Shown in pieces: positions 1-12,502 of a stretch of 64,000 bases of DNA. The stretch's first letter is position 1. Every line of letters starts with the position of its first letter. This DNA is from Macrostomum lignano (lineage: Eukaryota). The notes beneath the pieces were generated by a model. The model was not told the DNA's origin. It ran no database searches and saw nothing but the letters and a program-made list of their open reading frames with translations. Made by a program: the position numbers and the translations under genes. Where the stretch lies: positions 434,001 through 498,000 of the forward strand of contig NIVC01000568.1 of the NCBI GenBank assembly GCA_002269645.1, read 5' to 3'.

Positions 1-498
1 GGAACTGCGGCCACCTCAAAGCCGTAACCGTAGCCGGGCTGCCGGGTGACCGCGACCTCCATCTGGCACTGTTCATGGAGGAATGGAAGAATTTGTAAGG
101 ACAACTGAATCGGGAAAACCGGCTGAGTCCGGTGTCCTCTTGCTCTGCGGTGCCCCGTTTCCTGTCCCTTGGCTAGGGTATTTTGAGCTGGGTAGACTCG
201 CCCATAGCGAAATTAGCTGCCCAAATTTTTCGCTCCAATTTCTCTTGGGTCATGTCGTTGGTGGGTGGCCTGGGGGCAGTCTTTGCATCTGTCCATCCAC
301 CTGATTCCGCTGTTGGTCCTCGGTGTCCCCATCAGTAGCTGAGCTCTGAGCTCTGCTAGGGCAAGTCTCCTAAGGCCCAATCCTGGCGACCCGGGCTATA
401 CGCCCTGGTGGAATCGCCCTAAATGATCCCGCGGTAGAGCCCTTCCCTGGGCTGATCCGAGGCGAGCCTAGGCGACAACAACAAGGACAACTGATGTA

Positions 499-2347
499 CT
501 TACTTACTTACTTACTACTGACGGGGGGCGCAGGCGCCGCGAATAGGCCGCGAGGCCCCTATCGCAACCCAAGGTAAAAGAGCACAAGGATTAGCCTTGG
601 GGTGCGCCCAGTCCCCGCCAGTAGTCGGCAGGTCCGCAGTGGAGGCATCGGCGACCCTCATCCGGCCGGAGTCCCGGACGAAGGCGCGGAGGTCTCGGAT
701 ATTGTCCGCGGTGGTCAGCTCGTCCATCCGCTGGGGGTGGCCGAGGTATTTGTGCCGCGCCTTGTTGAAGTAAGGGCAGAAGGTGACGTGATGCTCCGCG
801 GTCTCCTCTCCTATGCCACAGAAGGGACAGGTGGGAGGGCAACCGGTTTGCAACGATATATGTCTCTGGAAGAATCCGTGGCCGGTTAGGACCATGCACA
901 TCTCCCTGAGGTCGGTTTTGTTAAGCGAAATCAGATAATCAGAGACTTTCCTGTTCAGGTTAGGCATGGCAGAGCGGCTCTGCCTGTACTCGGTGCAGCT
1001 GTTCCAGTGGAGCTGGTGCTGCTGATGGAGCCACCTGTTGATATGGCGGGTGACTTGCGACCTGGGGGTGGGTAGCCTCATCAGACGGTGGTTGCCGTCT
1101 GGGTTGCTGCCCTCCTTGGCGAGAGAGTCCGCGAGCTCGTTGCCCAGGATGTTGCTGTGACCAGGTGTCCAGATAATTCTAATCCTGTTAAGGACTGAGA
1201 GAGATTGCACACTGCGGTGGCATTGAGATACTGTAGCAGCGGAGATATTCTCAGTGGTTAAGGCCTTAATAGCAGCTTGGCTATCAGTGTAGAAATTAAT
1301 GTCAAAATTATTAATGTTCGCCTGAAACAGTTGCTGGGCACACTGCTCAATGGCGCAAATTTCAGCTTGGAAAACTGAGGTGTTCTCACCGAGGTGCAGA
1401 CTTTCCTGGAGAAGCATCTTACCCTCGTGGAAAATGGCAATACCCGCTCCAGCGCGGCCGTTGAACAGCGAGCCGTCGGTGAAGCAGTGAATGCCCTGGC
1501 TGCGCCGGTTCACACCGACATCCAGCGGAATGTTGTCTCGGCCAGGGATGGCGGTCTTGAAGCCCCTCCTGATGTTGAGGGCGGGAGGTCGACTATCCAC
1601 ATTGCCCAGGTCCATGTGGATGTTGTTAAGGTCGCGGCGGACAAAGTCCATATGCGGGATTAATGTTTTCATTGGCATAAAGCCAGAGGGCGCGTTATTT
1701 AACGTTTTATCTCTGATAAGCCGGGAGGCAGACTTCATAGCCTCCGCCCTAATAAATAGGTGAAGCGGAGGTAGGTTAAGGATAGTGTTCAGCCCCTCGT
1801 AAGGGGTGGACGGGTACGCACCTGTGATGGCACGGCAAATGCTGCCCTGAAGCTGGTACAGCCGCTGACGGGCGGCCTTCTGCTCCAGCACGCTAGTCCA
1901 GATGAGACTCGCGTATGTGATACTGGGCCGGATGATGCCGGTATAAATCCAACGGACCGTTCTAGGCGAGAGGCCCCAAGTCGGCCCGATGGCTCTGCGC
2001 AGCTGGGCAAAGCAGCGTTTTGCCCGACCGATGACGTTATCAAGGTGCTTCGTCCAGCGCAGGTCATGCGTTAGCGTCACACCGAGGTATTTGACCTCCT
2101 TCTTGAAGGGGATGTTTCTGCCATAGACAGTGAGGTTTTTCATCTCCCACTTACGGCGCTTGGTGAAAACGACAGCGACAGTCTTAGTGACGCTGATTTT
2201 TAGGCCATGCTGTGTAGCCCAGTCGGCCGCCTTGTCGGCGAATTGCTGCATCAGGTTGCGCAGAGTGGCGGGGTCGGGTCCGCTGACGACCGCGGCAACG
2301 TCATCGGCGTAGCCCGCCCTGGTGATACTGCTGGGAATGTCAGCGGT
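499..2347 (-). mobile_element. 5'-truncated non-LTR retrotransposon (LINE with RT, RNase H and C-terminal Cys/His motif; R1/LOA-like)
   Basis: 13-bp target-site duplication GACAACTGATGTA at 486-498 and 2348-2360. (TAAG)4 tail at 499-514 lies directly after the stop codon. Truncation point is just upstream of the RT YADD motif. Confidence 0.93.
515..2347 (-). CDS. Partial LINE ORF2: RT C-terminal half, RNase H and zinc knuckle, uninterrupted
   Basis: Motifs [55 protein letters not shown] and CPFC..EHHVTFC. The first ~9 residues of the listed ORF come from flanking DNA and the TSD. Confidence 0.9.
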   Translation of the reverse strand, partial: TADIPSSITRAGYADDVAAVVSGPDPATLRNLMQQFADKAADWATQHGLKISVTKTVAVVFTKRRKWEMKNLTVYGRNIPFKKEVKYLGVTLTHDLRWTKHLDNVIGRAKRCFAQLRRAIGPTWGLSPRTVRWIYTGIIRPSITYASLIWTSVLEQKAARQRLYQLQGSICRAITGAYPSTPYEGLNTILNLPPLHLFIRAEAMKSASRLIRDKTLNNAPSGFMPMKTLIPHMDFVRRDLNNIHMDLGNVDSRPPALNIRRGFKTAIPGRDNIPLDVGVNRRSQGIHCFTDGSLFNGRAGAGIAIFHEGKMLLQESLHLGENTSVFQAEICAIEQCAQQLFQANINNFDINFYTDSQAAIKALTTENISAATVSQCHRSVQSLSVLNRIRIIWTPGHSNILGNELADSLAKEGSNPDGNHRLMRLPTPRSQVTRHINRWLHQQHQLHWNSCTEYRQSRSAMPNLNRKVSDYLISLNKTDLREMCMVLTGHGFFQRHISLQTGCPPTCPFCGIGEETAEHHVTFCPYFNKARHKYLGHPQRMDELTTADNIRDLRAFVRDSGRMRVADASTADLPTTGGDWAHPKANPCALLPWVAIGASRPIRGACAPRQ

Positions 2348-3274
2348 GACAACTGATGTAGAAGGACGCTGCACTAGATTTTCTTAGAAAAACTCAAACA
2401 ATGGGTCAGTTTTACCATCTCGAATTGTCTATCGTTCACAAGTCTTCATTCTGTTAGTGCATTTGCAAATCCCTGTTTCACATGCATAATGCTCTACTCG
2501 TTGAACTACTAACTATCACAAGACTATAAAATAAGAGATCTTACCGTCTTCATCGCTTGAGCTCTTGGCGGCCAGCTGTTGTGCTGGTAGCTCTGCGTTC
2601 TTACAGTAAGGCTGCTTATACGCTGCTTGTCTCTTTGCGTCTCTCACTGCCTCTCTCTTTCCGTGTGACTCGCCAAGCCCTTGAATCGATCCCAATTCCC
2701 CAATAGCAGCACGCCTAAACCCGCGCCTTAATCAATCAATCAGTCTGCTCTTTAGCTACAAAACTGCCAACGTACTCAGCAGTATTGTAGCTTTTTAGCA
2801 GGCGCTTTAAGTCTTTCTTGTACGTTGAATAAAAAACCTACTATTGTAGTTCTTACACCAGCATTGGATGAGGTCTGCACAGGATGCGCCTATATAGCTA
2901 TCTATGTGCGAGAGCGTATAATGAATGCAAATTTGCCCAGCAGACATTTGATCTGAGTGCACAATTTATTGCATTTGGTTCGCGAATCTTCTGATTAGTA
3001 ACAATTTGCATTGCACAGGCTATCTACATGTATAGGGAGGCTTCTAGGGCAGAAAAGGGCGTTGACTGCAAGACGGAATTCGAAGTTGTAGGAGTGAGAA
3101 TTTATTTGATTAGCACTGAGAATGATCCAACCACGCGACCTAAGCTACAAGCGTAGATCTGGCACCCAATTTTGCTTAAATGGTTCAATGCCTTTCTAAT
3201 GATGTGCGAACAAAATCTGCCTGTAATTACAAATTTTATCCCAGATTAGCTTTCATAATTCCTCTCCGGTCCAC

Positions 3275-3650
3275 AGCCACCCCCTCCTCTCACCCCCAGC
3301 AACCCCTCCTCTCACCCCAGCCACCCTTCCTCTCACCCCCAGCAACCCCTCCTCTCACCCCAGCAACCCCTCCTCTCACCCCAGCCACCCCTCCTCTCAC
3401 CCCCAGCAACCCCTCCTCTCATACCCGGCCACCCCTCCACTCACTTCCCGGCCACCCCTCCACTCACTTCCCGGCCACCCCTCCTCTCACTTCCCGGCCA
3501 CCCTCCACTCACTTCCCGGCCACCCCTCCACTCACTCCCCGGCCACCCCTCCACTCACTCCCCGGCCACCCCTCCACTCACTCCCCGGCCACCCCTCCTG
3601 TCACTCCCGGCCACCCCTCCTCTCACTCCCGGCCACCCCTCCTCTCACTC
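3275..3650. repeat. C-rich minisatellite (~21-23-bp units, e.g. CCGGCCACCCCTCCACTCACT)
   Basis: Direct tandem repeats; they account for the Pro-rich ORF 3180-3833. Confidence 0.9.
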
Positions 3651-4028
3651 TTTTCTCAAACCCCTAGTCACATCCAACCCGCCTCATTTAAAGATAAAGG
3701 TAAAGATGAGTATTTTTATTCGCAGTTCTATAGATCAATCGATTTAACGGTATTATGGAAGTCAATAAGTGAAATTTACTTTATTTTTAAGTCATACTTT
3801 ATACTTTGTTCTTTACCTTCCTTCATGGAATAATAACAGTAAATTTTTATGCCGATATGAATGGAGCAAACGAACCACTTCAAGCGTAAGAGCAAGCGTA
3901 CTTTAGAGCGTAGCAGGATTACAGGTTTGCTTAGCTCACTACTTTGCTGCTGCAAGTGAAATAATTAGTCAGTAACGAAAATAAGCAGTTTTTTTAAGTA
4001 AAGTGCAGAAAAATATTCGTTGCCATTG

Positions 4029-6565
4029 TCAGCGATTCTGCTTGCGAAACTTTGCACGTCGGTTTTTGAACCAAACCTGAAAGGAAGTAAATAGTGCTGA
4101 TTCTATTGGTCTCTTTCAGTTGTGGTGTTGGTGTCTATCTGGTAAATTGGGATTCTAATGGATATGGTGGCACCACAAACCATCAGGTAAGGCTTGGCGA
4201 CACAAACCATCAGGGTTGGCGCCACAAACCATCAGGGTTGGCGCCACAAACCATCAGGGTTGGCGACACAAACCATCAGGGTTGCCGCCACAAACCATCA
4301 GGGTTGGCGACACAAACCATCAGGGTTGGCGACACAAACCATCAGGGTTGGCGACACAAACCATCAGGGTTGGCGACACAAACCATCAGTGTTGGCGCCA
4401 CAAACCATCAGGGTTGGCGCCACAAACCATCAGGGTTGGCGCCACAAACCAGGGTTGGCGCCACAAACCATCAAGTTAGAGTTGGCGTCACAAACCATCG
4501 GGTTAGAGTTGGCGCCAAAAGCCATCAGGTTAGGGTTGGCGCCAAAAGCCATCAAGTCAGAGTTGGCGCCACAAACAATCAGGTTAGGATTGGCGCCACA
4601 AACCATCAGGTTAGGGTTGGCGCCACAAGCCATCAGGTTAGGGTTGGCGCCAAAAGCCATCAAGTCAGAGTTGGCGCCACAAACAATCAGGTTAGGATTG
4701 GCGCCACAAACCATCAGGTTAGGGTTGGCGCCACAAGCCATCAGATTGGTGCTAGGCAGTGATCAGGTTGGTGCTATGCAGTGATCAGGTTGGTGCTAGG
4801 CAGTGATCAGGTTGGTGCTAGGCAGTGATCAGGTTGGTGCTATGCAGTGATCAGGTTGGTGCTAGGCAGTGATCAGGTTGGTGCTAGGCAGTGATCAGGT
4901 TGGTGCTAGGCAGTGATCAGGTTGGTGCTAGGCAGTGATCAGGTTGGTGCTAGGCAGTGATCAGGTTGGTGCTAGGCAGTGATCAGGTTGGTGCTAGGCA
5001 GTGATCAGGTTGGTGCTAGGCAGTGATCAGGTTGGTGCTAGGCAGTGATCAGGTTGGTGCTAGGCAGTGATCAGGTTGGTGCTATGCAGTGATCAGGTTG
5101 GTGCTTGGCAGAGGCGCCACAAGCCATCAGGTAGGTGCTAGGCAGTGGCGCCACAAGCCATCAGGTTGGTGCTAGGCAGTGGCGCCACAAGCCATCAGGT
5201 TGGTGCTAGGCAGTGGCGCCACAAGTCATCAGGTTGGTGCTAGGCAGTGGCGCCACAAGCCATCAGGTTGGTGCTAGGCAGTGGCGCCACAAGCCATCAG
5301 GTTGGTGCTAGGCAGTGGCGCCACAAGCCATCAGGTTGGTGCTAGGCAGAGGCGCCACAAGCCATCAGGTTGGTGCTTGGCAGTGATCAGGTTGGTGCTA
5401 GGCAGTGGCGCCACAAACCATCAGGTTGGTGCTTGGCAGAGGCGCCACAAGCCATCAGGTTGGTGCTAGGCAGTGGCGCCACAAGCCATCAGGTTGGTGC
5501 TAGGCAGTGGCGCCACAAGCCATCAGGTTGGTGCTAGGCAGTGGCGCCACAAGTTATCAGGTTGGTGCTAGGCAGTGGCGCCACAAGCCATCAGGTTGGT
5601 GCTAGGCAGTGGCGCCACAAGCCATCAGGTTGGTGCTAGGCAGTGGCGCCACAAGCCATCAGGTTGGTGCTAGGCAGTGGCGCCACAAGCCATCAGGTTG
5701 GTGCTTGGCAGTGGCGCCACAAGCCATCAGGTTGGTGCTAGGCAGTAGCGCCACAAGCCATCAGGTTGGTGCTAGGCAGTGGCGCCACAAGCCATCAGGT
5801 TGGTGCTAGGCAGTAGCGCCACAAGCCAGAAGCAGGTCGCAATTACTGTAAACATGCACTCGCCTCGACCCGTTCCTCTCGCAGCTGAATCCTGGCCGCC
5901 AGCTGCTCCCTGATGGTCACATCCGGGTAGTGGGTCAGCGCGAACAGTCGCTCCAGCTCCTCCAATCGGCGCTCACTAAATATGGTTCGATTACGTCGTC
6001 TTCGCCCGAAGCTCCGACGGTTCTGCTCTTCCATGACCTGCCGCGGCTCCGCTACTGAAAAAGATGGAGGCTGCTGCAGAGGCTGCTGCGGAGGCTGCGT
6101 CGGCAAGATGAAAGAGCAGCGACAGTCGTGATAAGCGGCAAATGCGGGCGCAATAAGTTGTTGCTGCTGCAGAAGCTGAACAAAATTATTGCCTGTTGAA
6201 CAACGTATGGTAAATTAGCAGGTGATGTAGCTAAATCCCAACAGGTGCCGGCTTTGACCCTACAAGATCTTAGTTTAACAGGACGCATACACACACTGGC
6301 GGTAAGTAAAAGTTTCCTGATCAACAGGTGGTATGACTAAATTTAACAAGAATTGTATACGTAGTTTGTAGGTTGTATACGTAGGCTCCAACAGATTATG
6401 AGCCGCACACAACTCACACAGGTGCGCGCTTGTTTGATTCCGTAGTAGAGCCCGATAATTGCTGATATCTGCAGCTCCGGCAGCTCCAAGTTCGCTCGAC
6501 ACCGGAGTGTGCAGTATGCTGTCAATGGTGAAACTCACTGTTGAGTTGCTTCCAGCTTGGCTCAT
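4029..6565 (-). CDS. gsc: Goosecoid homeobox protein, 174 aa; exons 6565-6418, 6192-5864, 4076-4029
   Basis: N-terminal eh1 motif FTIDSIL. Homeodomain [46 protein letters not shown]|[14 protein letters not shown] has K50 and the Gsc-type RTIF and LREERVE signatures. The PRD-class intron lies between residues 46 and 47. Exon phases (1, 0) join in frame: 148+329+48=525 nt. Confidence 0.92.
4167..5829. repeat. Composite minisatellite filling gsc intron 2 (22-bp, ~27-bp, 22-bp and 34-bp unit zones)
   Basis: Units GCGCCACAAACCATCAGGGTTG, then GGCGCCACAAACCATCAGGTTAGGGTT, then GTGATCAGGTTGGTGCTAGGCA, then GTGGCGCCACAAGCCATCAGGTTGGTGCTAGGCA. Confidence 0.95.
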
Positions 6566-6623
6566 TCTAGATCGAGTGTGTCAGCCCCACGGTTGAAATC
6601 AGAGAGCGTCCCCGCACACGGGG

Positions 6624-6631
6624 TTTAAATA
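6624..6631 (-). promoter_or_regulatory. Possible TATA-like box of gsc
   Basis: TATTTAAA about 60 nt upstream of the gsc ATG on the minus strand; supported by position only. Confidence 0.3.
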
Positions 6632-7189
6632 GACACAAGATCCTCTCTGGAGCGGCCTGCAATCCGATGAGCTTAGAAACCGATGGAGTGATGATGCGAT
6701 GATGAAAGTTTACTTTTCGCCCAGGCATGTTCCGCGCCCAGCCTCCTGGCGAAGGGAACCGCGCCAGATGGAGGCTCTTCGAGTGTGTGCGGAAAAATCT
6801 CAGAAGCCCAAATCCGATCCCTGGGACTCGAACGTTTTCAAGGTCTGCCGAAGACAAATACCATAAGACTCTTCTCAGCTTTGATTTTCATTAATTCCCC
6901 ACCTCCAAAGCTGATTGCCACGGGAAGTCTTCCCGTACTGTCGGAATTCCCCGAATGGTGGCGAAAGAAGAGCCCCACACGAAATTAGCTGCTGAAATTC
7001 AACACTGCGGTGGCAGGAGACTCTGACCCAAGCTGCCCGCCGCAGGACGGGAGCCGCCAAGCAACAAGTTTTTTAGAAATTTTTTTCGGGAATGGGGAAT
7101 CAAGCCAGTTTGCTTTTTGCTCAGTAAAAGATATGCATAGACAGAGGAAATTTGAAAATATAGGCACTTTCTCGAATCAGGGTTTCATA

Positions 7190-7525
7190 CTCGTAGCTCA
7201 GAGCCTCATAGCTCAGAGTCCCGTAGCTCAGAGCCTCATAGCTCAGAGCCTCATAGCTCAGAGCCTCATAGCTCAGAGTCTCATAGCTCAGAGCCTCATA
7301 GCTCAGAGCCTCATAGCTCAGAGTCCCGTAGCTCAGAGCCTCATAGCTCAGAGCCTCATAGCTCAGAGCCTCATAGCTCAGAGTCTCATAGCTCAGAGCC
7401 TCATAGCTCAGAGCCTCATAGCTCAAAGCCTCATAGCTCAGAGCCTCATAGCTCAGAGTCCCGTAGCTCAGAGTCTCATAGCTCAGAATCCCATAGCTCA
7501 GAGTTTCATAGCTCAGAGTCTCATG
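7190..7525. repeat. 15-bp minisatellite (GCTCAGAGCCTCATA)n, ~22 copies
   Basis: Direct tandem array; it generates the AQSLI and LSYEA repeat ORFs. Confidence 0.95.
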
Positions 7526-7650
7526 GTACGTAGGACTTCTTGAATCCACATACCTGGAGAACCGACAAAAACTACTGAAATATTTTTTCCAAGGACCACA
7601 CTAGATCCAAGGATATAATACTAGTGATCCTTGTATTTATCTACAAAAAG

Positions 7651-7777
<127 letters not shown>

Positions 7778-8497
7778 TGCCAGGACCTGCACCGGAGCGG
7801 TTACGAAAATTAGATTTCTCGGTAGTTGCACGCACTCTTTTGCACTACTTGAGTAGTCTGATTTTCGTTCGGCATAGCTGTTTCCAGCAGGTAGTTCCTC
7901 TGGTAAAAGCGCTTACCGCACCCATTGGCTTTCCAGCTGCCTTAATCGTTTCCGGTGATCTTGTGTGCGTGCTTTCAGCTTGATTGGCTGCGGCAAGCAA
8001 GCTCGAAAGAGCTCGCTTCGCTCGCTCTTTCTCACTATCTACTATCTATCTATCTGTCTATCAGACATGCACACTTTGCAGAGCTGTTTCGAAATTAGAC
8101 GAATTTTTTCTTACTAGAAAACTGTATATCCAATATTAATTTTTGTTGTCTCCACTAGCCAGACGTTTGTCAATTCCCACACTCTAAATTTACTTTGTAG
8201 AACTGATCAGAATACTGCAGCTGGCACCCATGAAGCTATATCCATATTTGTAGAGAAATTCGTGCAATTTCTGCTAGAGACATTTTCCCTATCTAAACTT
8301 AAGTCGAGTTCCATTGTTTGAACGAAATTCAGATCCGGTTGCAAAACTCAAAAAGGAAATCTACAAGCTACATGTGCCAGCTACTTTATTTGTTGAAGTT
8401 TGCATCCGGCATTGGGTTGGTGTGACCTGCCAACATTTATCATGGTAACTGCAAACTCTGATATTTACCACCGATCCAGCGCTACTGGGCAAACAGG

Positions 8498-9101
<604 letters not shown>

Positions 9102-9257
9102 CCGACCGCCATCAGTTTTATATTTCCAGCCGAAGTTGTTTGCTTATTGATTCGATCAATATCTTCGATCATAAACGGATCTTTTAAAAACTTTGAGAGA
9201 TGCAGTTAATCCTAAATATTGTTGCTGTCATCTCATAGTTAAAACAAAAAGTTTTAA

Positions 9258-10094
9258 TTAGACAACCAGCAGTAGTTTGATGCTTTTCAACGAGTAGCTT
9301 CCATCGGCGCCGCTCCAATAGTATCTGCCAACAGAGGAAGATCGAGTGGCAAAGTAGATTCCGTTTGGGTTGCAATGCGAGCAGGATTTGAACCACCAAC
9401 CCCCATTGCCTCCCGAAGAAGAGCAGAATACAGAACTATGCTGATCATTGTCTCTGTCCATTGTGGAAAACTGCATCCCCTTGTGATAAAATAGAGAGTC
9501 AGATGTTGTGTTGGAGCTGCCGGACAGATACTTGTCGAAGGTCATCGTGTAGTTAGTGCTGGCGTTTCCCACGGAGAAGCCGGAGTACTCGCAGACGTAC
9601 AACACATTCGACCAGGTGACAGCTTCCACTCTCAGGCGCCTGGGCGTGTTTCCAGTCAGTTCGTGTATTTTTCGCAGACCTGAATGACAATTGGCAAACA
9701 CTGAGTAATTCACTCAGTTAAAATCTTAGATAGTTTGCATTCTGCAGAACTGCTCACCCATCCAACCGTCGACCTCGTTGCCGAATCCGTTTTCGTACTC
9801 GGACCAGCTCCTGGCGAAGCTCAGACTGGCGCCAGTTCGAATCAGCATGACTCCATCTGGTAGATCTGTCACCGGTTTCATGAGCCCAATATTTACTAAT
9901 AAGCAATAAGTATAAATGTAAGAAAGTATTTTCTGGTATAATGATCTATCATTACCTTTCCAGCGGATTCGATACACGAGGCTTCCAGGAGCAGTCGCGG
10001 CAAAGTCCGCATTCCTGGCAGCAGAGAAAAGGCAGAACCGCGAGCCCGATACGAAAGCAGTGGCAGATAAATAATCTGACCAGGGACTACTCAT
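9258..10094 (-). CDS. Fibrinogen-related domain (FReD; ficolin/angiopoietin-like) protein; probable exons 10094-9956, 9895-9758, 9679-9258
   Basis: Motifs FARSWSEYENGFG, WMG|LRKIHELT, FSTMDRDND and GGWWFKSCSHCNPNG. The phase-1 GT-AG intron 9757-9680 joins the two listed ORFs. The start codon and first intron are less certain. Confidence 0.82.
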
Positions 10095-11760
10095 GAATCT
10101 GACAGTCTTTTATTGCCTGATAAATACTGCGGTTGCTCAGGCAACCGGATTTTCTCCCCTCCAACCCACTGTTTCCCTCTCTCACTCACTCACTATTTCT
10201 GCATTGGGATGGCTCTACCCTCAGTTTTCTACTTTAAGTAGCAAGTTGAGTATTCAGGTCGTGCCATTAACTAGTTTCTGATCTGCATAACTTTCTTTCT
10301 GTTTTTATCAAGGATGTATCTGCAAAATATTGTTAGTTATCGGATAGGCTTTGCGCCCAGTTTTTCAAAACGCAATATTTTTAGTTAGCACTGTTTCGAC
10401 TGCAAGATATGTAAAAGATTATGCAAAAGATGTAAATTACCGGAAAGCACAAGCCATCATAAATTTTCCACAGAAACCCAGCCTTGACTTTTCGATGTCG
10501 GTTATAAACTAGGGCTTTAAGTTAGCCAAATCGATAGTTTGCTGACAGACCTGCAAGCAGTACAGTCCGGCAAGTGTGTTTATAAATACGAACTGCAAGG
10601 GCGCAATGATAAAAGGACGGCAGGCATCCATCTCGCTGCTCAGCCAAACTACGCGCCTTACTCCGCAGCCCGCGAATTCATTCGCCCCCTCCCAGGGGAG
10701 CAGAGCCTCGGGCACTCACGCTGGTTCTTTCCCGCGCCATTTTTTTTTACGTTCGTCCATCTTTCCTTCCTGCGTTCTTTCGTTTCTATTTCCCATTTTC
10801 AGCGCTATCTCCCTCTCACTAGGATCGCGTATTCCTAATTCCCTTTTTTCTTCTCCCGCACTCACTTTGCGTCCCGTGGAGGGCGGGGCAATATTGGCCG
10901 CATGTTCGGCACCACCTTGGCCAAAGGCTTCCGCCCGCTGCTCACACCCGGCGTGCCTGCTCGGGCCTCTCCGGCTGATTTATCTCACTATGGACCCAGT
11001 ATATAGCCCATAATTCCTCTCACCACATTCTCCCTTCCCGGTTGCCCCCGCTCTTTCTAGGCACTTAGTCCCGGTACAATTAAGCCTTCTCTCCCGCTAT
11101 CGGCTTATCTTCAACTCAACCTCCTCCTCTTAACTACCCTCGTTTTTTTTCTTCCGCAAAGCAGCGCGGCAAAGCAGCTGCACGGGCCTCTCCTTGGGCC
11201 CCGCATATTTCAGTTACCCGACGCACGTCAATAAGGCCGGGCACTTGCACGCAAAGAGCTCGCACAAGTGCATGGTAATCAGTTAGTAATCGGCACTTTG
11301 CTGCGCTCGTTTGTCTGTCTCCGAGTGTCTCTAATTAGGGCTGATTTCGAATCGCTCGTCGCAGGTTTATAGGTCTATTGCATTTATTCAGATTCATTTG
11401 TTTTCCACTCACGCGTCGTGCAATTTTGCAGACTAAAAAGAAGCTTATACATTTGTCAACAAGGAAACTCAAGTCACGAAAACTAATAATCCACCTATAC
11501 TATATTGCGCTAAAGTGCTGGAAGTTACAATTTTTTGTCAAGGCATTACTTCCGAGCAATAGATGCAGTGCTGAGTTTAATATCTATTGGCGATTGAGCA
11601 GATGACTGGGGAGGGACAATCAATGTGTCACAGAATTCGCTTTTCTGTAATCCGCCATAGAATACGGTTCGTAACTTCTGAGGACTGATAGCGGGCTGAG
11701 CTACGAGCTATAATAAATAATCTCAACAGACGGCTTTGGTTTTCTATATAGTACGAGTAC

Positions 11761-12502
11761 TGTAATGACTTAGAAGTAAGTCTTGACGTTTAGTCCAAAG
11801 CTCTGCCTGGGAGGGGGTTTCACAAACTCGAAATTTCACAACGTCGAAAGCACCCTCCTTCATAAGGTCGAAATATTCATAAGGTAGAAATTTCACAACA
11901 TCGAAAACTTTAGCAAGAGACTTCATAAGGTCGAAATTTCACAAGGTCGCGAAAACTCAAATAGCAGCCACTTCACAAGTTTGAGTTTCGATGTTATGAA
12001 ATTTCAACCTTGTGAAATTTCGACCTTATGAAAGTGGCTGCTTTTCGAGTTTTCGATGTTGTGAAATTTCGACCTTGGGAAATTTCGACCTTATGAGGTA
12101 TTCTGCTAGAGTTTTCGATGTTGTGAAATTTCGACCTCGTAAATTTCGACCTTATGAAGTCTCTTGCTAAAGTTTTCGATGTTGTGAAATTTCGACCTTG
12201 TGAAGTTTCGACCTTGTGAAAGCACCCCCCTGGGAGCGGATCCCGTGAGCAGGCAGGCAGTCAGTAAAAACGTGGAGAGACCGAGGGGGTCGTGTTTGCC
12301 GTTATATTTCTGGGCTCTGGGCCCGAACCGTATAGGCGTGCTGTGGTACGAACACGTACAGGGGATGCGTAGCATGAAGCAATGGAGAGCGTGCAGTAGG
12401 GGTGACACGGTGAGTCAGTGAGGGGAACAATCGGTGCTGCTTAGTCAGTGGGAGAACGCATACTGGCCCTGCTGCGGAGGGTCCGCAGCCCAGGCCAGGA
12501 CA
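11761..12502 (-). repeat. 3' LTR of the Gypsy element (TGT...ACA), ~320 bp native plus an inserted foldback element
   Basis: Starts TGTCCTGGCC after the PPT and ends ATTACA next to the TSD. Confidence 0.85.
11814..12228. mobile_element. Foldback-type non-autonomous DNA element inserted in the Gypsy 3' LTR
   Basis: 8-bp TSD CCTGGGAG at 11806-11813 and 12229-12236. GGGGT...ACCCC termini. The two arms are inverted arrays of GAAATTTCACAACATCGAAAACT and CATAAGGTCGAAATTTC modules, with one exact inverted match of ~43 bp. Confidence 0.85.

Noticed and set aside
300-485. Self-cleaving ribozyme (hammerhead/HDV-like) next to the LINE
   Set aside because: CTGATG is present, but the hammerhead core (CTGANGA...GAAA) is incomplete and no HDV fold could be verified.
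4500-4730. TTAGGG within the gsc intron repeat as interstitial telomere
   Set aside because: Only single hexamers inside a ~27-bp unit, never tandem.
4094-5809. Long repetitive ORFs (GATNHQ, APQTIR etc.)
   Set aside because: They are translations of the intronic minisatellite inside gsc, open in several frames and on both strands.
10450-11350. GC-richer island with TATA-like and pyrimidine tracts, possible solo LTR
   Set aside because: No TG...CA ends with TSD, TIRs or recognisable peptide could be established by eye.
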